A stretch of 64,000 nucleotides of DNA. Source: an uncultured Anaerolineae bacterium (GTDB lineage Bacteria > Chloroflexota > Anaerolineae > CG2-30-64-16). Shown one piece after another: positions 9,259-20,510 of the stretch. The notes beneath the pieces were generated by a model that was not told the DNA's origin, searched no databases, and saw only the letters and a list, made by a program, of their open reading frames with translations. The stretch spans positions 68,606 to 132,605 of the forward strand of contig CAKZKT010000127.1 of the NCBI GenBank assembly GCA_937124585.1, in the 5' to 3' direction. The first letter of the stretch is position 1. Each line of letters starts with the position of its first letter. A program made the position numbers and the translations under genes.

Positions 9259-10230
9259 ATGACTCAACTCGCGACCGCCCCTCCGTCTGGGGGGCGCCAT
9301 ACGAAAAGAACCAAACCGCACCGCCGCTTCGACCCGCTACCGTTCCTGTTGCTTCTGCCGACGATTTTGGTGCTGCTCGCCATCCAGGTCTATCCCATGT
9401 TCTACACCCTGGTGCTGAGCGTGCAGGAACGGGAGCCGAGCGGCTGGCAATTCGTCGGCCTCAAAAACTTCGAGATCCTGTTGGATTCGAGACAGCTGGG
9501 AGAGAGCGCCGGCCACACATTGATTTTCCTGATCGGCTACGCGACCCTCACGTTGACCCTCGGCTTCATTATCGCCCTGCTGCTCAACCGCAAGTCAAGC
9601 CTGTCGGGCGTCTACATCACCCTGCTTTTCATCCCCTGGATCCTCGCCGACATCATCGCCGGCGTGGTCTTCCGGTTGCTGGTGCTGCCCGACTACGGCC
9701 TCTTCTCCGGCGTATTGCAGAACCCGGCCCTCTTTCCACCCCGAGGGCTGTCCATTCTGACCGCAGATGCGCCACGGCCGTGGATCGGCGAATTCCCCTT
9801 TCCGCCCTCGCCGGCCATGGTCTACCTGATCCTGGCCGCGACCTGGCGCGCGCTGCCTTTCATCACGCTGCTGCTGTTGGCCGCGCTGCAGACGATCTCC
9901 AACGAGCTGATCGAAAGCAGCCGCATTGACGGCGCAAACCGATGGCAGATCGCCCGCCATATCATCATCCCGCTTATTCTGCCGACCATGGTGGTGGCGC
10001 TCTTCAGCCTGACCCTCGGCGGCATCAACGGCGTCGGCATGGTCTTCAGCCTGACCGGCGGCGGCCCGGGCACCTCGACGCACGTGCTCAGTTATCTGCT
10101 CTACTCGATCGGTTGGGTCTCGCTGGACTTCGGCCGCGCGGCAGCGCTGGCGCTCATCCTGGCCGCGATCAACCTGACCCTGATCGCGGGCACGCTGCGC
10201 ATCACTCGCGTGCAGCAAAGGAGCATCTGA
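9259..10230 (+). CDS. ABC transporter permease (MalF/UgpA-like inner-membrane component)
   Basis: Multiple TM segments and a permease signature region (...SRIDGANRWQIARHIIIPL...). Start chosen at the ATG at 9259 with a GGAGG RBS 8 nt upstream. The 9079 start adds an Arg-rich junk extension. Confidence 0.8.
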   Translation: MTQLATAPPSGGRHTKRTKPHRRFDPLPFLLLLPTILVLLAIQVYPMFYTLVLSVQEREPSGWQFVGLKNFEILLDSRQLGESAGHTLIFLIGYATLTLTLGFIIALLLNRKSSLSGVYITLLFIPWILADIIAGVVFRLLVLPDYGLFSGVLQNPALFPPRGLSILTADAPRPWIGEFPFPPSPAMVYLILAATWRALPFITLLLLAALQTISNELIESSRIDGANRWQIARHIIIPLILPTMVVALFSLTLGGINGVGMVFSLTGGGPGTSTHVLSYLLYSIGWVSLDFGRAAALALILAAINLTLIAGTLRITRVQQRSI

Positions 10231-10231
10231 C

Positions 10232-11206
10232 ATGCAAGTTGCCACCGAATCCCAGGCTCCTGCCGATTTGAGGGCGCTGTTGACCACGCGCGGCCAACGC
10301 GAGGGGCTGCTGGCCAACCTGGCCCTGCTGGTCATCACCCTCTTTGCCCTGTTGCCCATCGCCACAACCGTTCTGATCTCGTTCAAACGCGAGGAGGACG
10401 TGACGCGCAAGCCGCCGGTCGTCTTCCCGTGCGACACGCCCACGTCGAAATTCGACCTGACCGCCTGTCGCTGGTCCATCGAGGGCTATGAACGCGTGGT
10501 GCTGCCCATGCCGTCCCCCGGCTCGCTGCTCGGATTCGAGATCAAAGGCCGGATGCTGAACACCTACCTGCCCAACACGATACTCTACGCCATCAGCACG
10601 GCCCTGATCGTGATGGTGCTGGCCGGCATGTCGGGCTATGCTTTTTCGCGCTATCGTTTCCCCGGCCGCGACGCGATGATGATCGCCATCCTCGCCATCA
10701 CCGGCGTGCCGCTGCTGACGAACTTGCTGGCGCTCTACCAGATGGGCGCCTCGATCCGCCACCTGGCGGAAGGACTCTACAACGACCGGGTCTACATCAT
10801 CATCGTCTACACCGGCTTCTTCTTGCCGCTCAGCGTCTGGATCGCCAAAGGCTTCTTCGACGCCATCCCGCGCGAGCTGGAGGAGGCCGCGCTGATTGAC
10901 GGCTGCGGCCCGCTCGGCACGTTGACGCGCATCGTCATGCCCCTGGTGGTGCCCGGTCTGACGGCGATCTTCCTGCTCAGCTTCGTGAGCGTCTGGAACG
11001 AGTTCATCGCGGGCTACCTCCTGATCACGAAAAACGACCTGAAGCCGGCCATGTTCGGCATGTACGACTTTCTGGGCCAGAACATCATCAATGCCCAGGC
11101 CGTGGCTGCGGCGTGTATCGTCATCGCACTGCCGATGATCGTCGTCTTCCTGTTTGCGCGCCAGAGCTTCTTCCGGGCCATGGTCGAGGGCGCCATCAAG
11201 GGCTAG
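10232..11206 (+). CDS. ABC transporter permease (MalG/UgpE-like)
   Basis: Starts 2 nt after the previous stop, with an AAAGGAG RBS. Contains an EAA-like motif (ELEEAALIDGCGPLGTLTRIVMPL). Confidence 0.85.
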   Translation: MQVATESQAPADLRALLTTRGQREGLLANLALLVITLFALLPIATTVLISFKREEDVTRKPPVVFPCDTPTSKFDLTACRWSIEGYERVVLPMPSPGSLLGFEIKGRMLNTYLPNTILYAISTALIVMVLAGMSGYAFSRYRFPGRDAMMIAILAITGVPLLTNLLALYQMGASIRHLAEGLYNDRVYIIIVYTGFFLPLSVWIAKGFFDAIPRELEEAALIDGCGPLGTLTRIVMPLVVPGLTAIFLLSFVSVWNEFIAGYLLITKNDLKPAMFGMYDFLGQNIINAQAVAAACIVIALPMIVVFLFARQSFFRAMVEGAIKG

Positions 11207-11221
11207 AAAACACGAGGAACT

Positions 11222-11775
11222 GTGCTGACCGACAACGCCTTCCGGGACCTCACTGCGCACATCGCGGGCCAGAACACCGCCATGGCCGGCGCCGTCATCG
11301 CGGCTTCGGCCGCGCTGGCGTGCAGCCTGGGCGAAGCGTGCGTACGCCTCAACGCTTCTATCCTGGGCGAAGCCGCCATCGGGTCGCTCGCTGAACGGCT
11401 GGCGGCGATCCGCACACAACTGCTGACGCTCGCCGACGAAGACGGCGCCGCGATCATCGCATTCGCCGCGCTGCGCGCCGCCGGCAAGACGCTGGTCGGC
11501 CAAGAACAATTATGTCAAGCGCCGATAGAGATAGCGCGCCGCGCGCTCGAGGCGGCCGCGTCGCTCCAGGCATTCCGCCCATCCATCCAGCTGGCCCAGG
11601 ATGACCTGGAGATGGCGATCGTGTTGCTGGCAGGGGCCGTGCGCGCAGCGACCCTCCTGCTCGACTCCAACCTGCGCCTCTGGCCCGAGCCGCCCCTGCT
11701 GGCGCGCTTTGATCCGGAACTGGCCGTGCTGCGGGCTGAGGCCGGTCGCATCCATCCCGTGGAACGGATTCGCCC

Positions 11776-11779
<4 letters not shown>
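11222..11779 (+). CDS. Cyclodeaminase/cyclohydrolase family protein (formiminotransferase-cyclodeaminase C-terminal-domain-like)
   Basis: GTG start with a GAGGAA RBS. An all-alpha, Ala-rich sequence resembles the FTCD_C family (F.D.TA..AGQN.AMAGAVIAASAALACSL). The call rests on resemblance only. Confidence 0.45.
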
Positions 11780-12774
<995 letters not shown>

Positions 12775-12855
12775 GGCGCGAAACGTGAAGCGGCGAACAC
12801 CAGGTGTCGGACGTCAAGCGTCGGGCAACGGGCGTGACAGGACGGAGAAAAAGCG

Positions 12856-14601
12856 GTGTGCTCGCTGGGGGTCATGAGGTTGGTGCAAGGCAAGGCCAAC
12901 CCATACGGTGCGGCAGATGCGGCGGTCTATCTGTTGCACGGCGATGCCACGGCGGGGCCCATCACGCGGATCGTCCCGGCGGCAGGTGGGGCGTTGCCGG
13001 TCGGCACCAGACGCCCAAATCAGCCGGTGCGCATCAAGCTGTTGCATTTGAATGACCTGCACGGCCGCATTGCCGTCTTGTCGCGGCTGGCGGCCTGGCT
13101 GCAGGCCATGCGCAGGCGCCATGCAGCCGATCCCCATGTGATCGTGCTGGCGGTCACGACGGGCGACGAAAGCGGCGGGCACCTTTCCGATCTGTTGCTG
13201 GGCCACAGTCTCGCCGCCCATCAAACGCATCCCGGCTATCGCCTCCTCTCGCTGGCCGGCATAGACCTCGGCGTGCCCGGCAATCATGACCTGGATCTGG
13301 GCACCGCGACCCTGGCGCGCGCGTGCGACCAGGAGGCGAGCTTTCCTGTGCTGGCGGCGAACGTGACCGACGCGCCGGCCCTGGCCGAGCGCTGTCCGGC
13401 CGCCGTCATCGTCGTGGCCAGAGGAGTGCGCATCGGCTGCATCGGCCTGACCACGCCCGGCCAGGTACATCCGGAGCCGTACAGCCGCCGCCGCATCGCC
13501 GACCCGGTGACGACTGCGGCCCATCTGCTGCCCGCGCTCCGGCCGCTGTGCGACGTGCTGATCGTACTCAGCCATCTGGGCCTGAGCCTGAACCAGCGCA
13601 GCGCCGTGGTGTCCGCCGCAGGCGATGTGGAGCTGGCTCGCAGCCTGCCCCCCGGCGGCGTTCACCTGATCGTTGGCGGCCACACGCACAGCGCGCTGAA
13701 CGAAGCCGGCCTGAGCGCCGAGAACATCGTCAACGGCATCCCCATTGTGCAGGCCGGCAAATTCGGTCAGTTCGTCGGCGAGGTCGAGATCCATATCGGC
13801 GACACGGTCGAGGTCGTGGATGCCAGACTGCACCCCACGCTCGACCTGCCGAACGACGCGCTGTTCGAGCAAGCGCACGTACAGCCGCTGCTGGCGCAGA
13901 TCGAGGCGCAGCGGCAGCGTGTGCTCGGCAGCGTCGCCGCCGACGCCGATCTAAGCGCCGACGCCGTGCGCACTCATTTTGCGGCGGGCGAATCGGCGCT
14001 CGCCAATTTCATCGCGGATGCGCTGGTGTACGGCTGTCGGGCGGCCGGCCACAACGTTGATCTCGCCATCGTGGACGCCAGCAGTGTCCACGATGGCCTG
14101 CAGCCCGGCCAGGTCGTGACACTCGGCGACTGGTTCGGCGTCATGCCGTTTCCCGATGTCGTCTGCCTGCTGCGCCTGACCGGCCGTCAGCTCGAGGCGC
14201 TGGTGCGCGACAACGCGCTGCGTGTCGAGCGGCCCGGCGAGCCGCACACCGAGCGAGGCTTCCTCCACTTCAGCGCTGGCGTGCGCTACGCCATTCGGCT
14301 CGGTCCCACGCGCGAGATGGCCGACGCGGAAGGGATCACGGTAGATGGCCGGCCGATCGCCGCCTGGCATGCGCGCGATTTCGTCGTGGCCGCCGCCAGC
14401 TTTCTCCGGGGGCCAGCCGCAGTCTGGGAGGCGCATGTCGGTGGCCGGCTGCCCCGGCCGCTCTTCGATCTGATGAGCGTCCCGCGCGCGTACACCGGCC
14501 TGCGCGTGCGCGACCTCCTGCTCGATCACATTGCCGCGCAGGGAGGTATTCTGCCGGAGAGCGGCGCGCGCCGCGACGGCCGGGTACGCGTGTTGACATG
14601 A
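12856..14601 (+). CDS. Bifunctional metallophosphatase/5'-nucleotidase family protein
   Basis: Calcineurin-like metallophosphoesterase motifs (LHLNDLHGR, GNHDLDLG, GGHTHS) and a C-terminal 5'-nucleotidase domain. Start is uncertain between 12856 and 12874. Confidence 0.7.
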   Translation: MCSLGVMRLVQGKANPYGAADAAVYLLHGDATAGPITRIVPAAGGALPVGTRRPNQPVRIKLLHLNDLHGRIAVLSRLAAWLQAMRRRHAADPHVIVLAVTTGDESGGHLSDLLLGHSLAAHQTHPGYRLLSLAGIDLGVPGNHDLDLGTATLARACDQEASFPVLAANVTDAPALAERCPAAVIVVARGVRIGCIGLTTPGQVHPEPYSRRRIADPVTTAAHLLPALRPLCDVLIVLSHLGLSLNQRSAVVSAAGDVELARSLPPGGVHLIVGGHTHSALNEAGLSAENIVNGIPIVQAGKFGQFVGEVEIHIGDTVEVVDARLHPTLDLPNDALFEQAHVQPLLAQIEAQRQRVLGSVAADADLSADAVRTHFAAGESALANFIADALVYGCRAAGHNVDLAIVDASSVHDGLQPGQVVTLGDWFGVMPFPDVVCLLRLTGRQLEALVRDNALRVERPGEPHTERGFLHFSAGVRYAIRLGPTREMADAEGITVDGRPIAAWHARDFVVAAASFLRGPAAVWEAHVGGRLPRPLFDLMSVPRAYTGLRVRDLLLDHIAAQGGILPESGARRDGRVRVLT

Positions 14602-14618
14602 CGGGAGTCACGCAATCG

Positions 14619-15356
14619 TCAATGGCGGCCCAGGCGCTCGCCGCCGTCTACGGGCAACACCACGCCAGTGATGTACGGCGCCCGGGCCAGGAAGACAACC
14701 GCATCGGCGACATCGTCGGCCGTGCCCCAGTGACCCAGCAGGGTGCGGCGCGCGACGGCCCGAATCTTGGCCTCAGTGTAATCGGGTGGCGGAAGCACCG
14801 GGCCGGGCGCTATGGCGTTCACGCGCACGGCCGGCGCCAGCTCCATCGCCAGGGCGTAGGTCAGGTTCACCAGCCCGGCTTTGGCCGCCGAATGCGGCAT
14901 GTAATTGGGGAACGGCACGAACGCCGACAAGTCCACGATGTTGATGATGGCGCCGTCGCCATGCGCGGCCAGATGCGGCGCCGCAGCTTTGGCGCACAGG
15001 AACGGCCCTTTCAGCGCGATATCCACGAGCTGATCCCAGGCCGCTTCGTCCAGCTCGGCCCAGGGCGTTTTGCGCCACAGCGACGCGCTGTTGACCAGGA
15101 CATCCAGCCGGCCCAGACCGGCCACGGTCTGCTCGACGAGGCGATTTACCTGGTCGCCCTGGGCCACATCAGCCTGGATCGCCAGAGCCCGGCGGCCTGT
15201 GGCTTCGATTTCGCCGACCGTTGCGATAGCGGCAGCGGCCGAGGAGAAGTAGTTGATCGCCACGTCGGCACCGGCCCGCGCCAGCGCCAGGGCGATGGCC
15301 TTGCCCACGCGCACCGCGCCGCCGGTCACCAGGGCGGCTTTGCCGTTGAGATCCAT
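14619..15356 (-). CDS. SDR-family oxidoreductase, PTR1/FolM-like (atypical TGGxxRxG cofactor motif)
   Basis: Only the C-terminal 246 aa of the 606-aa ORF are gene-like, starting MDLNGKAALVTGGAVRVGKAIA. The start ATG has a GGAGGAG RBS 8 nt upstream. NSAS and SAAK motifs are present. It is divergent from the dehydrogenase at 15525. Confidence 0.75.
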   Translation of the reverse strand: MDLNGKAALVTGGAVRVGKAIALALARAGADVAINYFSSAAAAIATVGEIEATGRRALAIQADVAQGDQVNRLVEQTVAGLGRLDVLVNSASLWRKTPWAELDEAAWDQLVDIALKGPFLCAKAAAPHLAAHGDGAIINIVDLSAFVPFPNYMPHSAAKAGLVNLTYALAMELAPAVRVNAIAPGPVLPPPDYTEAKIRAVARRTLLGHWGTADDVADAVVFLARAPYITGVVLPVDGGERLGRH

Positions 15357-15524
15357 GGGTTTGACTCCTCCGTCATGAGATGGGGTCGGCCGGCGCGAGG
15401 GCACCGTCCTGGCCCACAGTATACCATCATCCGGGCCAAACGAGGCTGCGCGCCGGCCCGATGTGCCGGGCCGCGACGCGGGCGCCCGGCACGTCGGACA
15501 CGAAACAAAAGCGAGAGGAAAAAC

Positions 15525-16547
15525 GTGGCCTATCGCACACTCTTCTTGACCGAGCGCGGCCTGCGCCATCAGCGGGATGCGCTGGCCGCTGCGCCGCCGG
15601 AGCTGGACATCGTCATGCTGCGCCAGCCCGACGCGGCGACACTGCGGCCGCACCTGGCCGACGCGGTCTTCCTGATCAGCGAGCGCAGCGGCGTGATTGA
15701 TCGCGCGCTGATCGCGGCCGCGCCGCGGCTGAAGATGATCCTGCGGCTCGGCTCGCTGGCCCACGACATTGACCTGGACGCCGCACGCGCCGCGGGCATC
15801 GTCGTGGCCACCTGGCCGCAGCGCGGGGTCATCCTGGTGGCCGAACATCTGGTGATGCAGATGCTGGCGCTGGCCAAACGGCTGCGCGAGGTCGAAGCCA
15901 TTGCGCGCTATGCCGGCGACTGGGGCGCGTCGCGGCGCACCGACGAGGACACTTTCGCCTACAACTGGTCGGGGCGGCAGGGGCTGGGCGGGCTGTGGCA
16001 GCAGACGATCGGCATCCTCGGCTTCGGCGAGATCGGCGCGGAGCTGGCGCGGCGTCTGAGCGGCTGGGGTTGCCGCGTTCTCTACCAGCGCAGACGCCGG
16101 CTGCCCGCCTGGCAGGAGCAAAAGCTGGGCATCGTCTACGCGACGTCGGATGAATTGCTGGCCGAGAGCGATTTCCTGGTCAATCTGTTGCCCTATTTCC
16201 CGACCACCGATCTGGCGCTGCGCGGCGAACACTTCGCCGCCATGAAGCCGGGCGCGTTCCTGGTCAGTTGTGGCAGCGGCAGCGTACTGGACGAAGCCGC
16301 GCTCGCGCAGGCGGTCCGCAGCGGGCATCTCGCCGGCGTCGCGCTCGACACCTTCGAATGGGAACCGCTCCGGCCAGACAACCCGTTGCGCCGCCTGGCT
16401 GCCGAAAGCCCAGCCTGGAACGTCCTGATGACGCCGCACACGGCGGCCGGCGCGCCGGCCGCCGGCGTTGTCCCAACCCGCAGCGACGATTACACGCCTA
16501 TCCTGCGCTTCCTGGCCGGAGAGTCGGTGGCAAATCGGCTGGCGTGA
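15525..16547 (+). CDS. D-isomer-specific 2-hydroxyacid dehydrogenase family protein
   Basis: GTG start at 15525 with a GAGAGGA RBS; the upstream 309 codons of the 14598 ORF are junk. NAD-binding region (GILGFGEIGAELARRL) and an LVSCGSGSVLDE...TPHTAG catalytic region. Confidence 0.75.
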   Translation: MAYRTLFLTERGLRHQRDALAAAPPELDIVMLRQPDAATLRPHLADAVFLISERSGVIDRALIAAAPRLKMILRLGSLAHDIDLDAARAAGIVVATWPQRGVILVAEHLVMQMLALAKRLREVEAIARYAGDWGASRRTDEDTFAYNWSGRQGLGGLWQQTIGILGFGEIGAELARRLSGWGCRVLYQRRRRLPAWQEQKLGIVYATSDELLAESDFLVNLLPYFPTTDLALRGEHFAAMKPGAFLVSCGSGSVLDEAALAQAVRSGHLAGVALDTFEWEPLRPDNPLRRLAAESPAWNVLMTPHTAAGAPAAGVVPTRSDDYTPILRFLAGESVANRLA

Positions 16548-16642
16548 CCGCCCATGGCCCGGCCCGGCAGACAGGCAGGCAACGCGCCGGACAGTGTCGC
16601 AGGTGTCCGGCGCACGATGATCTTTTTCAAAGAGACGCGAGT

Positions 16643-18028
16643 ATGCAAATCATCATGCCCAAACTGGGTCTGACCATGACCCACGGCACCATCATCGAAT
16701 GGCTCAAGGCGCCTGGCGAGGCCGCGCAGGCCGAGGAGGCCCTGTGCACCTATGAGACTGAGAAGGTCACCCTGGAGCTGACCGCGCCCGAGGATGGCGT
16801 ACTGGTGCAGATCCTGGCGCCGGCCGGGACCACCGTGCCTGCCGGGACGCCCGTGTGCGAGTTTCGGGGCAAAAGCGAGCGACGCGAGCGGAGCGAGCAT
16901 CGCGATCTCGCGCGCACCACCGGCCAGGCCCAACCCCCATCCCCCAGCCCCCAGCCCCCGGCTTCCGGCTTGCTTCTCGCCACCCCGAAGGCGCGCAGCC
17001 TGGCCCGCCAGCTCGGCATAGATCTGACCAGGCTTTCCGGCACCGGTCCGGCCGGGCGGATCCAGGCTGCCGACGTGTTGGCAGCCGGAGCAAGCGCGCG
17101 ATCCGGGCCGACGCCGGCCGCCCCCGCCGAGATCAAAGCCACGCCGCTGGCCCGTCGCATCGCGGCGTCCGAGGGCGTTGACCTGAGCCGCCTCACCGGA
17201 ACCGGCCCCGATGGCGTCATCACGCGCGAAGATGTGGAACGGGCCATCAAAAGCCGAGAGCCCGGCATGGGCGCGGCGGCCCCCAGCCCTCAGCCCCCCG
17301 CCGGTCCCGGCACCCTCATCCCGCACGCCACGCTCCGCCGCACCATCGCCGAGCGGATGAGCCAGAGCGCGTTCACCGCACCGCATGTGACGCTGATGAC
17401 CGAGGCCGAGGCGACGAACCTGGTTTCGGCGCGCGATCAGCTCAACGAGGAAGTGATGCGCAACGCGGCGGCTGCCGAAACCACCGGAGCCCGGACGAAG
17501 ATATCCTACAACGCGCTCCTGGCCGCGCTGGTCGCTCGCGCGCTGCGCGAGCATCCCCACCTCAACGCGCGTTGGGAGCCGGAGGGCATCCGCCTGCTGG
17601 ATGAGATCAACATCGCCCTGGCCGTGGACACCGAGCGCGGCCTCGTGACGCCGGTGCTGCGTGGGGTGGACACGCTGTCCATCCTCGCGATCCAGCGCGG
17701 CTACGACGCGCTGATCGCCCGCGCGATGGCCGGCAAATCGTTGCCCGACGACTTCGCGGCCGGCACTTTCACCATCACCAACCTGGGCGCGTTGGACGTG
17801 GACGGCTTCACGCCGATCATCAACCCGCCACAGGCTGCCATCCTGGGCGCAGGCCGTATCATCGAGAAACCGGTGGCGCGCGACGGCGCCGTGGTCATCC
17901 GGCCCATGATCACCCTGAGCCTGAGCTTCGACCACCGGATTGTGGACGGCGCACCCGCAGCGCGTTTCTTGCAGCGCGTGAAGCAGCTGGTGGAACGGCC
18001 CATGGCGTTGTTAATCCGGGAAGTGTGA
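16643..18028 (+). CDS. Dihydrolipoamide acyltransferase (E2 of a 2-oxoacid dehydrogenase complex): lipoyl domain + two peripheral-subunit-binding domains + catalytic domain
   Basis: Begins MQIIMPKLGLTMTHGTIIEWLK with the lipoyl-Lys context (ETEKV). Two PSBD repeats are present (ATPKARSLARQLGIDLTRLSGTGPAGRI and ATPLARRIAASEGVDLSRLTGTGPDGVI). The catalytic motif is DHRIVDGA. Confidence 0.85.
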   Translation: MQIIMPKLGLTMTHGTIIEWLKAPGEAAQAEEALCTYETEKVTLELTAPEDGVLVQILAPAGTTVPAGTPVCEFRGKSERRERSEHRDLARTTGQAQPPSPSPQPPASGLLLATPKARSLARQLGIDLTRLSGTGPAGRIQAADVLAAGASARSGPTPAAPAEIKATPLARRIAASEGVDLSRLTGTGPDGVITREDVERAIKSREPGMGAAAPSPQPPAGPGTLIPHATLRRTIAERMSQSAFTAPHVTLMTEAEATNLVSARDQLNEEVMRNAAAAETTGARTKISYNALLAALVARALREHPHLNARWEPEGIRLLDEINIALAVDTERGLVTPVLRGVDTLSILAIQRGYDALIARAMAGKSLPDDFAAGTFTITNLGALDVDGFTPIINPPQAAILGAGRIIEKPVARDGAVVIRPMITLSLSFDHRIVDGAPAARFLQRVKQLVERPMALLIREV

Positions 18029-18075
18029 GGCGTCAAGCGGGCGTCAGAGAGGGAGCGAGGAGCGCGCAGAGCGTG

Positions 18076-19446
18076 ATGGCAGAACGAAACACGATAATGC
18101 TCATCGTCAACGGCACGTTGCTGACGAGCGCAGGCGGCCGACTGGCGACCTGGCCGGGATGGCTGGCAATCGAGGGCGACCGCATCGCTGCTGTGGGCAC
18201 CGGAGACGCGCCGGCCGAATGGCAGACGCGCGCGGAGCGCACGATTGACGCCCGCCACATGGCGGTGCTGCCCGGCCTGACGAACGCCCATACCCACCTG
18301 GAGCAGACCTTCATGCGCGGACTGGCCGACGACCGGCCGCTGCTGCGCTGGCTGAAAGAAGTCATATGGCCGCTCCAGGCGGCCATGACGCCGGAGGACA
18401 TGTACCTGGCCGCCAGGCTGGGGCTGGTGGAAAACCTCCGTTGCGGCGCCACGCGGGTGATTCAGCACCACAAATTGCCCGGCCGGGAGCACGTGGCCGC
18501 AACCTGTCGCGCCGCGGCCGAGGTCGGCCTCCGGATGACCCTGGCTCGCGGCTGGATTGACCTGGGACCCACGGGCGAACCGCTGGACACCATCCTGTCC
18601 GATCTGGATTGGCTCGACGGCCTGCTCCACTCTCCGGCCTGCAAGCCGCAAGCAAAAATCAGCCTCGCCTCTGGGCCGCTGGCGCCTTGGCGCTGCTCCG
18701 ACGACGCCATGCGCCAGGTCACAGCCTGGGCTCGCGATCGCGGCGTGCCCACCCACATCCATGTGGCCGAGGCGCAGGACGAAGTCGAGATGATGCTGGC
18801 GCGCTGCGGGAAACGGCACATCGAATGGCTGGCCGGCCTGGACTGCCTGGGGACGGACACCCAGCTCGTCCACGCCGTGCACGTCACCGACGCCGAGCTC
18901 GATCTGATCACGCAATCGGGGGCGCTCGTCGTGCACTGTCCCACCAGTAATATGTATCTGGCTTCGGGCGCTGCGCCGGTGCGGAAGATGCTCGACCGCG
19001 GCATTCCCGTGGCCCTGGGCACCGATGGCCCAGGCTCCAACAACTCGCAAGATCTGCTGGAGTGTGCCAAAATCGCCGCCCTGTTGGCCAAACAGGCGAC
19101 CGGCGACGCCCAGGCACTTTTGCCGGCCGACGTGATCCACATGATGGTGGGCTTCGCTCCGGGGGCATCGGACGCGCCGGCCGGCGTGTCCGGCGCGCTG
19201 ATGGCCGGCGCGCCGGCAGATATCACCATCGTCAATCTCAACAACGTGCGCTGCCAGCCGGTCTACAGCGCCGCCTCTGCGCTGGTCTACAACGCCTGCG
19301 GCACCGATGTCCACACGGTCATCGTGGCCGGCGAAATCCTGGTGGACGCGGGTCAGGTGACCGTGCTGGATGAGGCCGGGCTGATCGAACAGTGCCGGCT
19401 AGCAGCTGCCGCACTGATGAAACGGGCAGGGATCCAATGCGACTGA
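18076..19446 (+). CDS. Amidohydrolase, COG0402-type (MtaD/SsnA/guanine-deaminase-like metal-dependent deaminase)
   Basis: HxH metal motif (LTNAHTHLEQ) and later HVAE, plus C-terminal D residues typical of the amidohydrolase fold. Start is the ATG at 18076, preceded by GAGGAG. Confidence 0.75.
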   Translation: MAERNTIMLIVNGTLLTSAGGRLATWPGWLAIEGDRIAAVGTGDAPAEWQTRAERTIDARHMAVLPGLTNAHTHLEQTFMRGLADDRPLLRWLKEVIWPLQAAMTPEDMYLAARLGLVENLRCGATRVIQHHKLPGREHVAATCRAAAEVGLRMTLARGWIDLGPTGEPLDTILSDLDWLDGLLHSPACKPQAKISLASGPLAPWRCSDDAMRQVTAWARDRGVPTHIHVAEAQDEVEMMLARCGKRHIEWLAGLDCLGTDTQLVHAVHVTDAELDLITQSGALVVHCPTSNMYLASGAAPVRKMLDRGIPVALGTDGPGSNNSQDLLECAKIAALLAKQATGDAQALLPADVIHMMVGFAPGASDAPAGVSGALMAGAPADITIVNLNNVRCQPVYSAASALVYNACGTDVHTVIVAGEILVDAGQVTVLDEAGLIEQCRLAAAALMKRAGIQCD

Positions 19447-20510
19447 ACTTCACCGATGACGATTGGGCCCGCATCGAGCGGAATTGGACGGCCTGGTGGG
19501 CCGGCGAGCTGAATCGGCCGCTGGTAATGGTCGAACATCTCGATCCGCCGGCCGATCCCGGGCGGCCCTATCCCACCTCATTCATCCCGTACTACGGCCT
19601 GCACAGATCGGCCGATGCGCTGCTCGATCTGTACGAGACAAAGCTGGCCGCCATGCACTGGTTCGGCGATGCCTTTCCGAAATGGTGGCCGAATTACGGG
19701 CCGGGCATCGTGGCCGGCTTTCTGGGCGCGCGCGTCTCGGCGACCTGGGACACGGTCTGGTTCGATATGCCGGAACCCATCCCCATCGAGGCGCTTGCGT
19801 TGAACTACGCGGCCGACGACCCCTGGTGGGCGCAGGTCCGTGAAGTCACCCGGCAAGCCGTGGCGCGCTGGGGCGATCAGGCGACCATCGCCTACACCGA
19901 TCTGGGCGGCAACCTGGACATCCTCGCCTCGCTGCGCACCACGCAAAATCTGCTGACCGATCTGTACGATGCGGCGGAGGCAGTGCAGGCGGCCGTACAA
20001 AAGATCACCGCGCTCTGGTTGCGCTACTTCGCCGAGCTGGAAGCAATCATCGCGGCCAGCCCGCGCGGGCGGGCGTCCTGGGCGGCGCTCTGGGCACCGG
20101 GAACGTGCTACATGCTCCAGAGCGACTTCGCCTACATGATCTCCCCGCGCATGTTCGAGCGCCTCGTGTTGCCCGATTTGACGGCGTGCTGCGACGCCAT
20201 CGAGTATCCCTTCTATCACCTGGACGGCAAAGGCCAGATCGTACACCTGGACATGCTGCTGGCGCTGCCACGGCTGCGCGGCATCCAGTGGATCCCCGGT
20301 GACGGCGCGCCGCCGCCCGAGGCATGGCTGCCCCTGCTCCGACGCATCCGGGAGGCAGGCAAGCTGTGTCAGCTCTATGTGTCGGCCAAAGGCGCGCTGG
20401 AGATCGTGCGGGCGCTGGGCGGCAAGGGCTTCGCCTTGTTCATCACCGACGACATGGCCGAGGCCGAAGCTCACGATTTTCTGACCGAGATCTACAAAGA
20501 GGGCACATGA
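19437..20510 (+). CDS. Conserved hypothetical protein (about 357 aa; possibly TIM-barrel URO-D-like fold, function unknown)
   Basis: The ATG at 19437 overlaps the amidohydrolase stop (ATGCGACTGA), and the stop overlaps the next start (ATGA). No recognisable motifs; weak resemblance to the URO-D/methyltransferase superfamily only. Confidence 0.45.
   Translation: MRLNFTDDDWARIERNWTAWWAGELNRPLVMVEHLDPPADPGRPYPTSFIPYYGLHRSADALLDLYETKLAAMHWFGDAFPKWWPNYGPGIVAGFLGARVSATWDTVWFDMPEPIPIEALALNYAADDPWWAQVREVTRQAVARWGDQATIAYTDLGGNLDILASLRTTQNLLTDLYDAAEAVQAAVQKITALWLRYFAELEAIIAASPRGRASWAALWAPGTCYMLQSDFAYMISPRMFERLVLPDLTACCDAIEYPFYHLDGKGQIVHLDMLLALPRLRGIQWIPGDGAPPPEAWLPLLRRIREAGKLCQLYVSAKGALEIVRALGGKGFALFITDDMAEAEAHDFLTEIYKEGT

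Noticed and set aside
14598-16439. Full-length readings of ORF 14598-16547(+) and 14619-16439(-) as 649/606-aa proteins
   Set aside because: Only the C-terminal ~340 aa (+) and ~246 aa (-) are gene-like, with RBS-supported internal starts. The N-terminal extensions are mutual antisense junk.
16490-19314. Minus-strand ORFs 16490-17935 and 17701-19314 (481 and 537 aa)
   Set aside because: Antisense to the E2 and amidohydrolase genes, which carry clear lipoyl, PSBD and HxH motifs. Shadow ORFs.
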